From a virus, in IMG/VR virus record IMGVR_UViG_3300050821_007696, positions 1 to 64,000 of that record: DNA of 64,000 nt, one strand, 5' to 3'. Position 1 is the first letter of the stretch. Every line of letters begins with the position of its first letter. The notes under the pieces were generated by a model. The model searched no databases. It was not told the DNA's origin and saw only the letters and a program-made list of their open reading frames with translations. The translations under genes and the position numbers were made by a program. Below are positions 1-7,738 of this stretch, one piece after another.

Positions 1-146
1 TGACGCATTTCTCTCCCTAGCCCCGAAAATCCCCAGCTAAGAGAGCTTTTTCCGCCCCCTCACCAAAAATTCGAAAACGCGTACCGGTAACAAAACGGGG
101 TTGCCTTATTTCTTCGCGCGAATGTAGCGCGTGTATAGTCGGGTAC

Positions 147-620
147 ATGCCTGATCCGTATGAGCGTCACGGTCGCGCGAGCGGCTGGGACAGGTGGGGG
201 CCGAATCCGTCCCGTCACCAGCAGCGCGCGGCTGCCGCGGCCGACAGTGCCGCCAAGCGCCCGCCGGCGAAGAAGGACCCGAGTCTGTGCAAAGCAGCGC
301 ACTGGAAGGAGCCGCACCAGCCGAAGTTGCGTATCCGGCCGTACATCTGGCGGCGAATGCCGTTGTGTCAGTGGTCGATTAGCTGGGGCAGGACCGAGCC
401 GTCATGGTCGTGCGCGCACGAGGAGATCTGCGCCGGGTGTGGGAAGACTCTGCGGACGAGTATCGGCGATGCGGAGTGCCCGGATTTTCACCCGATTACC
501 GAGACGCAGCGGCTCGCGCTTGAGCGGGAAATAGCGGAGTGGCAGGCGCGTGTTACCGCAAGGCGGGCACGACGGCCGGTGATCGACGGGCCGCAAGGTT
601 ACCGGAAGAAGAAGGTGTGA
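147..620 (+). CDS. hypothetical protein (Cys/His-containing)
   Basis: 157-aa ORF; TATAGT box 7 nt before the ATG (leaderless); stop overlaps the next start (GTGA). Confidence 0.7.
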   Translation: MPDPYERHGRASGWDRWGPNPSRHQQRAAAAADSAAKRPPAKKDPSLCKAAHWKEPHQPKLRIRPYIWRRMPLCQWSISWGRTEPSWSCAHEEICAGCGKTLRTSIGDAECPDFHPITETQRLALEREIAEWQARVTARRARRPVIDGPQGYRKKKV

Positions 621-1057
621 AGACAGAGCGGAAAAACAGCGGCATGCCGCGATGGGGCGTCAACCGGGACTACTGGGTCCGCGTCGGGGACGAGCCGTTC
701 CTCGACCGGAAGGTTCTGGTGATCTGCCCGTGGTTCGGTGTTTTCCTGACGGAAATTCACAAGCCGGATGCGGGCGACCGGCCACCGCACGATCATTCAC
801 GGAGTTTCGTGTCGCTGATCTTGTCGGGCGGTTATTCCGAGCTGGTGTACAGCGACGACGTACACGGGGCGCGGGCGCGGTTCCACGAGCGGCGGTCGGT
901 GCACCTTATGCCGCGGCGCAAGGCGCATGTGATTACGGAAGTCCGCGGGAAGCTCCGCACGCTGGTCTTTGCGGGCCGCAGTTACGGGTCCTGGTCGTTC
1001 TGGACGCCGGAGGGCAAGGTCGACTGGAAAGCGTATGACACGGGGGTAATTACATAG
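617..1057 (+). CDS. cupin-like hypothetical protein
   Basis: PHDHSRSFVSLILSGGYSE...AHVI cupin-type metal motif; start moved to the coupled GTG at 617. Confidence 0.65.
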   Translation: MKTERKNSGMPRWGVNRDYWVRVGDEPFLDRKVLVICPWFGVFLTEIHKPDAGDRPPHDHSRSFVSLILSGGYSELVYSDDVHGARARFHERRSVHLMPRRKAHVITEVRGKLRTLVFAGRSYGSWSFWTPEGKVDWKAYDTGVIT

Positions 1058-1159
1058 CGGCGCTTTACCCGGGTTCTGCTGACTTCAGGAGAGTTCGCCG
1101 AAGTTCCTGCGGGCCTGCGGCGGTTCCGGTAGCTTTCACCGGTCACCCGGCGGTGGCAG

Positions 1160-1200
1160 GGGAAAGCCGCCGTTCCCAGTCGGGGGAGCGGCGGCTTCCC
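1160..1200. terminator. hairpin between convergent genes
   Basis: GGGAAAGCCGCCG...GCGGCGGCTTCCC inverted repeat. Confidence 0.6.
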
Positions 1201-1229
1201 TGTTCCCCGTAGCTACCGGGCTTGCGAGT

Positions 1230-2159
1230 CTAGAGCAGGCTCTTCAGCCAGGCAATGACCTTCTCGAAGCCCTGGACGAGTTCGGTGACCAGGGTCTCGG
1301 GGGCGACGGGCGCGGGAACTGGCACTGGGGGCACGGGTTTCGGCGGGGTTACCGCGACCGGGAACGTCTTGCCGGTAATCGCGGTGTAATCCTGGGCGAG
1401 CTGCGCGATGTCGATCCCGGCGAGGAATTCCTTGCTGCCGAGGTGCTCGGGCCAGATGACGACCCAGGCTTCCTCGACGCAGTTCGCCCAGAAGCGGTCG
1501 GTGAAGCTGGTCTCGGCCGCCCAGGTGATGAACCGCTCGTCGCCGCCGAGCGGACCCGGGCCGGGGATGCCGTAGCCGCCGGTAACGATGCTGTGCCCGC
1601 CGTCGACCGGGCTGTTCGGCGCGTAGTCCCACGGCTGGCCGGCACTGAACTCCTGCTGGTTCGCCTCCAGCACGTTGATGCCGGTCCATACGTAGCCGAA
1701 CAGGGCGATCGCGGCCTTCACCTCAGCCGGGTCCTTGTAGTTGACGGACGCGTACCCGGCTGCCCTGACCCCGTCGGGGCCGCCGTTCTCCATCAGGTCT
1801 TCGATAGCGGTCTGGATGTCCATGCCGCCGTCGTACTGCGAGCCCGGCCCGGTCTGCTGGCCGCCGCCTGGGTTGAACTGCGGGTTCTGCGTCTGGTAGA
1901 ACTGCCAGACCTGCGCCTGCGCCGGGTAGTCCGGCACTGACAGCAGCGTGGTGACCAGTCGGCGGACGTTCGCCCAGGTAACCGCGACGCAGTCGCCCGC
2001 CTGGTCGTTGCCGAGCATCTGCCAGCCGCCGCTCAGCTCGGCGAGGTAGTCTTCGGCTGACGGGACCGCTGGTACGGCGCCGGTCAGGTAGTCGCCCAGC
2101 CGCGGGGCCGCTGCCCGCTTCGGGGAACGCCGTCCGTACTTGCCGCCGGTGCGTGCCAT
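1230..2159 (-). CDS. papain-like cysteine peptidase (candidate endolysin or other late protein)
   Basis: GNDQAGDCV (Cys) and GGHSI (His) motifs, Pro-rich linker and C-terminal amphipathic helix; SD GAAAGGA before ATG 2159; late-type leader motif upstream. Confidence 0.7.
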   Translation of the reverse strand: MARTGGKYGRRSPKRAAAPRLGDYLTGAVPAVPSAEDYLAELSGGWQMLGNDQAGDCVAVTWANVRRLVTTLLSVPDYPAQAQVWQFYQTQNPQFNPGGGQQTGPGSQYDGGMDIQTAIEDLMENGGPDGVRAAGYASVNYKDPAEVKAAIALFGYVWTGINVLEANQQEFSAGQPWDYAPNSPVDGGHSIVTGGYGIPGPGPLGGDERFITWAAETSFTDRFWANCVEEAWVVIWPEHLGSKEFLAGIDIAQLAQDYTAITGKTFPVAVTPPKPVPPVPVPAPVAPETLVTELVQGFEKVIAWLKSLL

Positions 2160-2189
2160 GTGAGTCCTTTCATCGGATGGCAGTGCACC

Positions 2190-2227
2190 GGCTCCCAGCT
2201 CTTGGGCCGCGGCTAAAGGCCAGCCTA
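2190..2227 (-). promoter_or_regulatory. -10 box plus late-gene leader motif (peptidase)
   Basis: minus strand TAGGCT...GCC-GC-GGCC-CA-AGAGC-TG-GGAGCC. Confidence 0.75.
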
Positions 2228-2389
2228 CGATGGTCGTGTGAAAGTGACCCTGCTGAACCCGCTTCCGCGGCGTGTTCGTTTCCGGCTGTGGCTCAGCAGG
2301 CAGCGCGACCGCCTGGGAATTGCCCTGTGCGACCACGGGCACGACCGTGCAGCCGAGCGTCTCTGGCAGCTGACCGAAGGCCGGTTCTG

Positions 2390-2563
2390 ATGCCGGAGGT
2401 ATGCGGCAAGGTTCCGTACCGGAGCAAGCTGGACGCGAAGCTGGCTCTCGCTCGCATAGGGCATAAGCAGCACGAGCGACGGCCTAAAAGCGAGCAGCGT
2501 GCGTACTGGTGCCTGCAGTGCCGGCGCTGGCACCTGACAAGCCGGAGGGAGTGGAGTACGTGA
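2390..2563 (+). CDS. small zinc-finger protein
   Basis: CGKVPY...RAYWCLQCRRWHLTS; coupled to the next gene. Confidence 0.7.
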   Translation: MPEVCGKVPYRSKLDAKLALARIGHKQHERRPKSEQRAYWCLQCRRWHLTSRREWST

Positions 2564-2988
2564 GCGCGGGCAGGTGGATCGAGGCACGGCGGGACGGCAA
2601 GTGCGCGCACTGCCCGGCGCTGTTCGCCGCGGGCGACGAGATCTGGGTGAAGAGCGCCGGGGTCTACTACTGCCAGGGCTGCGGGCTGCTCGACGAGAAC
2701 GTGACGGACCACGCTGTCGGGGCGTGGGAGGCGTCGGTGATGAAGGACCTCGCGAAGCTCCCGCTGGAGGCAGGCGAGAGCCTGCTCGCGCAGAACATGC
2801 TCGGCCTGGCCCAGGACCTGGACTCCGGTGACGTCCCGCCGCGCGAGCGCCCGCAGTACACCAAGGAAATCAGGATCAACCTGCTGACGCTGCAGGACGC
2901 CTACCCGCCGGACGAGGACGAGGACGAGACCGCGACGGCCCGGCAGAAGCGCGAGCGCCGCGCCCGCGAGTCCGGCAGCGGGTACTGA
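2560..2988 (+). CDS. probable terminase small subunit with N-terminal zinc finger
   Basis: CxxC...CxxC, then helical LAQDLDSG and basic C-terminal tail typical of actinophage TerS; upstream of TerL. Confidence 0.55.
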   Translation: MSAGRWIEARRDGKCAHCPALFAAGDEIWVKSAGVYYCQGCGLLDENVTDHAVGAWEASVMKDLAKLPLEAGESLLAQNMLGLAQDLDSGDVPPRERPQYTKEIRINLLTLQDAYPPDEDEDETATARQKRERRARESGSGY

Positions 2989-3011
2989 CACCTGCCCGGA
3001 ATAGTCACGGC

Positions 3012-3182
3012 ATGACAGGCGTTACACCCGCCATGGATACCAAGAGCATGGCGAACGGCAGCGGGTCGGCGCTGAACGGCGGCCCCGACACTCCCCAGGG
3101 CAGTCCGGTTCCCCCGCTGCTGCGTGACTGGGAGGTCCTTACCGCCCGCGCGACGACCACCAGTTTCTGGGAGCTGGTGTAA
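3012..3182 (+). CDS. hypothetical protein, 56 aa
   Basis: ORF below track cutoff that fills the gap between genes. Confidence 0.45.
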   Translation: MTGVTPAMDTKSMANGSGSALNGGPDTPQGSPVPPLLRDWEVLTARATTTSFWELV

Positions 3183-3212
3183 GCCATCGGCTGAGGAAGA
3201 AAGGAGGAGAGC

Positions 3213-3440
3213 ATGACGATTCAGAAGCTGCCCCGGCGGCGGCACTGCGACGTATGCGGCGACGACGGGTTCCTGCCCGCGGATTGCGTGTTCGACCGCG
3301 ACACGGTGTGCACCTGCGGCGCCGGGCCGGTCGACGCGTGGACCCTGCACGTTCCCGAGTGCGACACGGTCCCGTGCCCGTTCTGCCAGCTGCTGGGCGA
3401 AGCCGCGCTCGTGACCGGGCCGGAGAAGAGCAACGCGTGA
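3213..3440 (+). CDS. Cys-rich small protein
   Basis: strong SD AAGGAGG; 8 Cys. Confidence 0.7.
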   Translation: MTIQKLPRRRHCDVCGDDGFLPADCVFDRDTVCTCGAGPVDAWTLHVPECDTVPCPFCQLLGEAALVTGPEKSNA

Positions 3441-3447
3441 CGGAGCG

Positions 3448-3624
3448 GTGACTCACCAGCGGATTAGCCTCTTCGACGGTCCTGACGATCTGCGTGTCGC
3501 CGAGATCGGGCTGCGGGCCGCCATCTACGAGAACGTCGAGAACAGCCCCTGGGCGTACCGCATGTGGTGGATGACAAGCCGCTGGTGGTGGAACGAGGAC
3601 ACCGGGGCGTTTGAGGAGGACTAG
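3448..3624 (+). CDS. Trp-rich hypothetical protein, 58 aa
   Basis: MTHQRISLFDGPDDLRVAEIG...WWWNEDTGAFEED; typical GC3 codon usage. Confidence 0.6.
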   Translation: MTHQRISLFDGPDDLRVAEIGLRAAIYENVENSPWAYRMWWMTSRWWWNEDTGAFEED

Positions 3625-3711
3625 CGCGGGACATTGTCGGTACGGTCCCCATGGGAACTGCGCCCGCGCGGGACATTGTCGATACGGAAACCAGGCGAAC
3701 TACGCCCGCGC
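3624..3711 (+). repeat. imperfect 42-bp tandem repeat, two copies
   Basis: GCGCGGGACATTGTCGRTACGG at 3624 and 3666; GAACTRCGCCCGCGC also repeated at a 42-nt period. Confidence 0.8.
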
Positions 3712-3720
3712 AAAGGGCAT

Positions 3721-3801
3721 CCCCGGCGGAACCGGCCCGTTACCCGGAAAAGGCGTCATAGCCGATCTGGAGTAGAGCAGGTTCGACCCCTGCACCGGGG
3801 A
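3721..3801 (+). ncRNA. degenerate tRNA-like element
   Basis: CCCCGG/CCGGGG acceptor-like pairing and perfect T-arm GCAGG-TTCGACC-CCTGC; D and anticodon arms non-canonical. Confidence 0.4.
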
Positions 3802-3802
3802 T

Positions 3803-3872
3803 GCACGGCAAGAGCACCCGGCTACTCATCAGGCGAGCGCCAATGCTCCAGCGCCGGGTGCTCTTGCCGTGC
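3803..3872. repeat. 20-bp perfect inverted repeat upstream of terL
   Basis: GCACGGCAAGAGCACCCGGC / GCCGGGTGCTCTTGCCGTGC. Confidence 0.85.
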
Positions 3873-3888
3873 TCCGTAGTATCAGCAT

Positions 3889-5541
3889 GTGGAAAGTGCT
3901 ACTTCCAGTGCCGTCTTCGGCGCGCAGCGGCCCCGGTTCTTCACCTGCCCGCCGCGGCACACCGAGCGCGTCCAGCACTGCCGCGCGTGCGGTTCCGGCG
4001 GTGACGACTACCCGCCGGAGACCGGCTGCGGCGACCAGCAGGCTCTCGACGTGCTCGGCTGGGCGCAGGACGCCGCCGGGTACGAGCCTGACCCGTGGCA
4101 GTCGTGGTTCCTGACCAACGCGCTTGGCGTGCTGCCCGATGCCACCTGGGCGGCGACCGACGTCGGGCTGATCGTGTCCCGGCAGAACGGCAAGGGCACG
4201 ATCCTCGAAATCCGCGAACTCGGCGGGCTGTTTGTGCTGGGCGAGGAACTGCTGATCCACACCGCCCACGAGTTCAAGACCGCGGCCGAGCACTTCCGCC
4301 GGGTCAAGGCCGTCTTCGACGACCACCCCGCGCTGCGCAAGCGGGTCAAGCGGATCAGCGGGTCGCACGGCGAGGAAGCAATCGAGCTGTTCCCGCAGCC
4401 CACCCTGATCTTCGGTCCCGGGCGCCGGCAGGTCACCAGGCGGGTCGCCGGGCGGCTGCGGTTCCTCGCCCGGTCCAAGGGGTCCGGCCTCGGTTTCTCC
4501 TGTGACTGCCTGGTCTACGACGAGGCGATGATCCTGACCGAAGACCAGGTCGCCGCGTCGCTGCCGACCATGTCCGCCCGGCCTAACCCGCAGATCTGGT
4601 TCACCGGCTCCGCCGGGCGCGAGGACAGCTTCCAGTTCGCCTCCATCCGCAGCCGCATCGTGAAGAACACCTGTGACCTGTGCGGCGCCGAGTGGAGCAT
4701 CGACCCGCATAACGACGGCTGCACCCGCGACGAGCTGCTCGGCCGCGAGTCCAACATGTTCGTCACGTGCGACAGGCACGACGACCGGGACGACCCGCGC
4801 AGCTGGGCGAAGGCCAACCCCGGCTACGGGTACCGGATCAGCGAGAAGTTCACCCGCGACACCGAGCTGCGGAACATGACCGCGCACGTCTTCGACCGCG
4901 AGCGGCTCGGCGTCGGCGACTGGCCGCAGCCTGAGGCCCCCTGGTCGGTCATCAGCGAGATCGCCTGGGAGAAGCTGGCCGTCACCCAGGAGCACGCCGG
5001 GTTCCCCGTCCAGCCGATCGTGTTCGCGTTCGACATCGACGAGGACGGACGTTCCGCTACCATCAGCGCCGCCTGGGACCACCCTGAGGGCCGCATCGTG
5101 CTGGAGATCCCCAAGGGCTGCTCCCGCCAGGGCACCGGCTGGCTGCTGGAGAAGGCCGACCAGCTGTACAAGAAGCGCCAGCCGCTTGCCATGGTCGTGC
5201 CGAAGAGCGGCCCGGCTGCCGCGCTGATCCCCGACGGGAAGAAGCTGTGGCGCGAGCGGCTTGTCGAGATCGGGACCGCGGAGGAGGCAGCCGCCTTCGC
5301 GTGGCTCCTGCAGCAGGCCCGCGGCGAGACCCTGTGGCACTTCGGCCGGGACGGTGCGCCTACCCTGTGGCACGCCGTGGCGACCGCGGCGACCCGGGTT
5401 GTCGGGGACGGCGGCAAGGCATGGTCACGGCGGGACAGCGAAAGTGACATAACCCCGGTGACCAGCGCCACGCTTGCCGCGTTCATCCTCAACCGGGACC
5501 GCCGCAGCTACGACCTGCTTGCGTCTATCGGCGCGCGTTAG
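3889..5541 (+). CDS. terL: terminase large subunit
   Basis: Walker A-like SRQNGKG, Walker B LVYDEA, FTGSAG coupling motif, WAKANPG, nuclease Asp (FAFDID). Confidence 0.95.
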   Translation: MESATSSAVFGAQRPRFFTCPPRHTERVQHCRACGSGGDDYPPETGCGDQQALDVLGWAQDAAGYEPDPWQSWFLTNALGVLPDATWAATDVGLIVSRQNGKGTILEIRELGGLFVLGEELLIHTAHEFKTAAEHFRRVKAVFDDHPALRKRVKRISGSHGEEAIELFPQPTLIFGPGRRQVTRRVAGRLRFLARSKGSGLGFSCDCLVYDEAMILTEDQVAASLPTMSARPNPQIWFTGSAGREDSFQFASIRSRIVKNTCDLCGAEWSIDPHNDGCTRDELLGRESNMFVTCDRHDDRDDPRSWAKANPGYGYRISEKFTRDTELRNMTAHVFDRERLGVGDWPQPEAPWSVISEIAWEKLAVTQEHAGFPVQPIVFAFDIDEDGRSATISAAWDHPEGRIVLEIPKGCSRQGTGWLLEKADQLYKKRQPLAMVVPKSGPAAALIPDGKKLWRERLVEIGTAEEAAAFAWLLQQARGETLWHFGRDGAPTLWHAVATAATRVVGDGGKAWSRRDSESDITPVTSATLAAFILNRDRRSYDLLASIGAR

Positions 5542-5556
5542 TGCCAGCTGGCACTG
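5539..5556 (+). repeat. 18-bp element TAGTGCCAGCTGGCACTG, copy 1
   Basis: exact copy; its TAG is the terL stop codon. Confidence 0.95.
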
Positions 5557-5557
5557 A

Positions 5558-5637
5558 AAAGCAGCGCTCCGCCTCCGAGGGGTACTTACGGAACTAGAAC
5601 CTGGCCGTACTTTCCAGGACTGGCGGAGCGCTGCTTT
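5558..5637. terminator. 16-bp inverted repeat between convergent operons
   Basis: AAAGCAGCGCTCCGCC / GGCGGAGCGCTGCTTT. Confidence 0.65.
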
Positions 5638-5644
5638 CCGGAAG

Positions 5645-5776
5645 TTAACTGCACCCGTTGTGGCATCCCATGGAGTGCCGGGCGCAGTGGTCGATGTGCG
5701 ACATCCCACCGCGGCAGATACCGCATGAGCACGAGCACGTTCCCGCGTCGGGGCATTTTCCGCTTTGCTCATTCAT
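5645..5776 (-). CDS. Cys/His-rich microprotein, 43 aa (metallothionein-like composition)
   Basis: MNEQSGKCPDAGTCSCSCGICRGGMSHIDHCARHSMGCHNGCS; TGATG-coupled to the NlpC/P60 gene. Confidence 0.65.
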   Translation of the reverse strand: MNEQSGKCPDAGTCSCSCGICRGGMSHIDHCARHSMGCHNGCS

Positions 5777-6210
5777 CAGCGCACCTCAAAATACATCGTC
5801 GGGTGCCAGTACCCGTTCCAGGGGTGCATTCCGACGCGGGTGCCCGTGTTCAGCGCGCCGAACGTGACGTCGTGACCGCGGGCGACCAGCTCGACGTGCC
5901 CGGTGCCGTAGAACGCGAGGTCCCCGGCAGCCGGGTGCCAGGTCGGCACCAGGAGCCCGCTGGCGAGCATCGCGTAGGTCGAGTGCGGCAGGCTGATCCC
6001 TTCTTGCCTTTCCGCCCACATCACCAGGCCCGAGCAGTCGAACGCGGACGGGCCTGCGGCGCCGTATACGTACCAGTCGCCGGCGCGGGTCTCCGCGACC
6101 GCTAGGACGCTCGCCGCGCGGCTTGCGGTCGCGGCGCTGGCGGGCACCGCGGCCAGGGTGAGCCCGAGTAGCGAGGCCAGTAGTGCCAGCGCCGCGACCG
6201 CCCGGTTCAC
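5776..6210 (-). CDS. secreted NlpC/P60 peptidoglycan endopeptidase
   Basis: signal peptide; YVYGAAGPSAFDCSGL, GDLAFY, GHV motifs. Confidence 0.92.
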   Translation of the reverse strand: MNRAVAALALLASLLGLTLAAVPASAATASRAASVLAVAETRAGDWYVYGAAGPSAFDCSGLVMWAERQEGISLPHSTYAMLASGLLVPTWHPAAGDLAFYGTGHVELVARGHDVTFGALNTGTRVGMHPWNGYWHPTMYFEVR

Positions 6211-6623
6211 GTCTCGTCCAGCCGGGCGAGGAACGCGGTGTTCTCCGCGCGCATCCGCTCCAGGAACTCGTCGGGGTCGTCGGTCAGCGGCATGACGTGG
6301 TACTCACCGGAGACCTGGCTGTCCGGTACCGGCCCGTCCGGGACGGCAGCGAACTCGGCCGTGTCCGCGACGCCGGGGCCGGCGTACAGGTGCGTGTCGT
6401 CCAGGTACGCGAGCGACTCCGGTGTCCACTCGAAGGTGTCGCCGTTCCAGTCCGGTAGCTTGACGTCGGCCATGTCCTGCTCGAATGCGCGCCGGTTACG
6501 CCGTTCCTCCGCGGCGATCCGGCGGCCGTCGACGAAGTAGTAGGCGGTCGCCGCGATCACGGCGATGCTCAGCAGGATCAGCCCGAAGGCGACGTCGGCC
6601 CAGTTCATTTCGATACGAGGCAT
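6207..6623 (-). CDS. membrane protein with N-terminal TM helix and acidic tail
   Basis: hydrophobic N-terminal segment; sits within the leftward operon. Confidence 0.75.
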   Translation of the reverse strand: MPRIEMNWADVAFGLILLSIAVIAATAYYFVDGRRIAAEERRNRRAFEQDMADVKLPDWNGDTFEWTPESLAYLDDTHLYAGPGVADTAEFAAVPDGPVPDSQVSGEYHVMPLTDDPDEFLERMRAENTAFLARLDET

Positions 6624-6625
6624 GC

Positions 6626-7324
6626 TCAGCACCCGTCGTAAGGGGTCCAGTCGCTGTAGCCGCGGGCTGCCACGGCGTTAGCGAAGACCTGGTTCTGCTC
6701 GGCGACTGACGCGTGGCCGAAGTCGGCGCCGTTCCCGCCTGACCCGGTCCAGGTTGAGTAGCTGAACTGGTAGAGGCCGTAGTGCCCGCTGGCGTTCATC
6801 ACCTGGCTGTCGCCGCCGGACTCGGCGCGGATGATGCACGACTGCATGCCGCCGCCTCCGGAGTAGCTGGCCGCAGACGGCTGCCGGGTGTACGTGACCT
6901 GCTGCACGGGTGCCTGCACTTGCGGCTGCACGGGCGCGGGAGGCGGGGCGGGGGGCGTGTAGCCGGGGTCGGCGCAGTTAATCTGCAGCTGCTGGCCGGC
7001 TTCGATCAGGTCCGGGCTTGACAGGACGTGCCGGTTGGCAGCGTAGAAGCCGGTCCAGTCGGCCGCGGTCCCGCACATGCCGGCCGCGATCCCGGACAGG
7101 GTCTCGCCCGCCTGCACCGTCACCTTGTTGCTGACGACGGCGGCCCGGGGCTCCTCGCGCAGCGGGGCGTTTACCGCGGCCCGGACAGGATAGGAGGCTA
7201 GTACTGCCGGAGCGGCCGGCGCGAGGGAGAACGCCCCCGCGAAGCAGGTCACGGCGAGTGCTGACGTCCCGGTCAGGAACGCCCGCAGGAAGAGGGGTGA
7301 ACGCACGCTGAAGCAGCGCAGCAT
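6626..7324 (-). CDS. LysM + resuscitation-promoting-factor (Rpf) transglycosylase
   Basis: signal peptide; LysM TVQAGETLSGIA...PDLIEAGQQL; Rpf CIIRAESGG, GLYQFSYSTW, ASVAEQ. Confidence 0.9.
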   Translation of the reverse strand: MLRCFSVRSPLFLRAFLTGTSALAVTCFAGAFSLAPAAPAVLASYPVRAAVNAPLREEPRAAVVSNKVTVQAGETLSGIAAGMCGTAADWTGFYAANRHVLSSPDLIEAGQQLQINCADPGYTPPAPPPAPVQPQVQAPVQQVTYTRQPSAASYSGGGGMQSCIIRAESGGDSQVMNASGHYGLYQFSYSTWTGSGGNGADFGHASVAEQNQVFANAVAARGYSDWTPYDGC

Positions 7325-7448
7325 GTATATCCTTACCTCGTATTGGCACCGTGCGCGGGGAAGGACTTGCCGGTGCTTAGCCCCGCTTCGCGGTCGTTTA
7401 ACAGCCGACGATAACAGCCAGGTCTCGCACATGGCGATAAAAATCGGC

Positions 7449-7486
7449 AAAAAGAGCCTTCCCGGACCGCGGCCGGGGAGGCTCTT
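7449..7486 (-). terminator. intrinsic terminator-like hairpin
   Basis: AAGAGCCTTCCCGG/CCGGGGAGGCTCTT with T5 tract on the minus strand. Confidence 0.6.
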
Positions 7487-7504
7487 CGCTTGTACGCTGG
7501 GCTT

Positions 7505-7543
7505 ATGACCTCGCGCCGATCACCGTCTAGTACCCGCTCGTAA
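7505..7543 (+). CDS. putative leaderless Ser-rich leader peptide MTSRRSPSSTRS
   Basis: TACGCT-N6-ATG; 5 of 12 codons are Ser; stop codon lies in the loop of CGCTC-GTAA-GAGCG followed by TTTTCT. Confidence 0.5.
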   Translation: MTSRRSPSSTRS

Positions 7544-7554
7544 GAGCGTTTTCT

Positions 7555-7638
7555 GGAGGGTTGGCCGAGAGGCAAGGCGACGGGCTGCTATCCCGTAGTC
7601 ACGGTAAACGTGCGCAGGTTCGACCCCTGCACCCTCCG
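7555..7638 (+). tRNA. tRNA-Ser(GCT)
   Basis: acceptor GGAGGGT/ACCCTCC, anticodon arm ACGGG-CTGCTAT-CCCGT, long variable arm, G discriminator; no encoded CCA. Confidence 0.92.
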
Positions 7639-7639
7639 C

Positions 7640-7723
7640 GGAAGGTACCGCACACGGGTGCAAACGGCTCTCGAAAAGCCGGGCGGGCAATGCGTCCCGA
7701 GGGTTCGATTCCTTTACCTTCCG
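7640..7723 (+). tRNA. tRNA-Ser(CGA), possible 8/4 allo-tRNA fold
   Basis: anticodon arm CGGCT-CTCGAAA-AGCCG, long variable arm, GGAAGGTA/TACCTTCC acceptor, tetraloop D-arm. Confidence 0.85.
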
Positions 7724-7738
7724 CTGTACGCTGGGCTT

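Noticed and set aside
3829-5373. Long antisense ORFs (also 9773-11542, 30244-31908, 38812-40572 and others)
   Set aside because: Shadow ORFs of high-GC coding strands; no motifs or RBS, and they overlap well-supported genes
6181-6190. Partial match TAGTGCCAGC to the 18-bp element
   Set aside because: Half-site only, inside a CDS; plausible by chance
7325-7410. Riboswitch (c-di-AMP or c-di-GMP-I) upstream of the rpf gene
   Set aside because: The leader has hairpins (CCGC/GCGG, GCACCG/CGGTGC) but I cannot find the conserved nucleotides of either class; needs an Infernal search
7640-7723. Selenocysteine tRNA
   Set aside because: Anticodon is CGA, not TCA; no sel genes in the window
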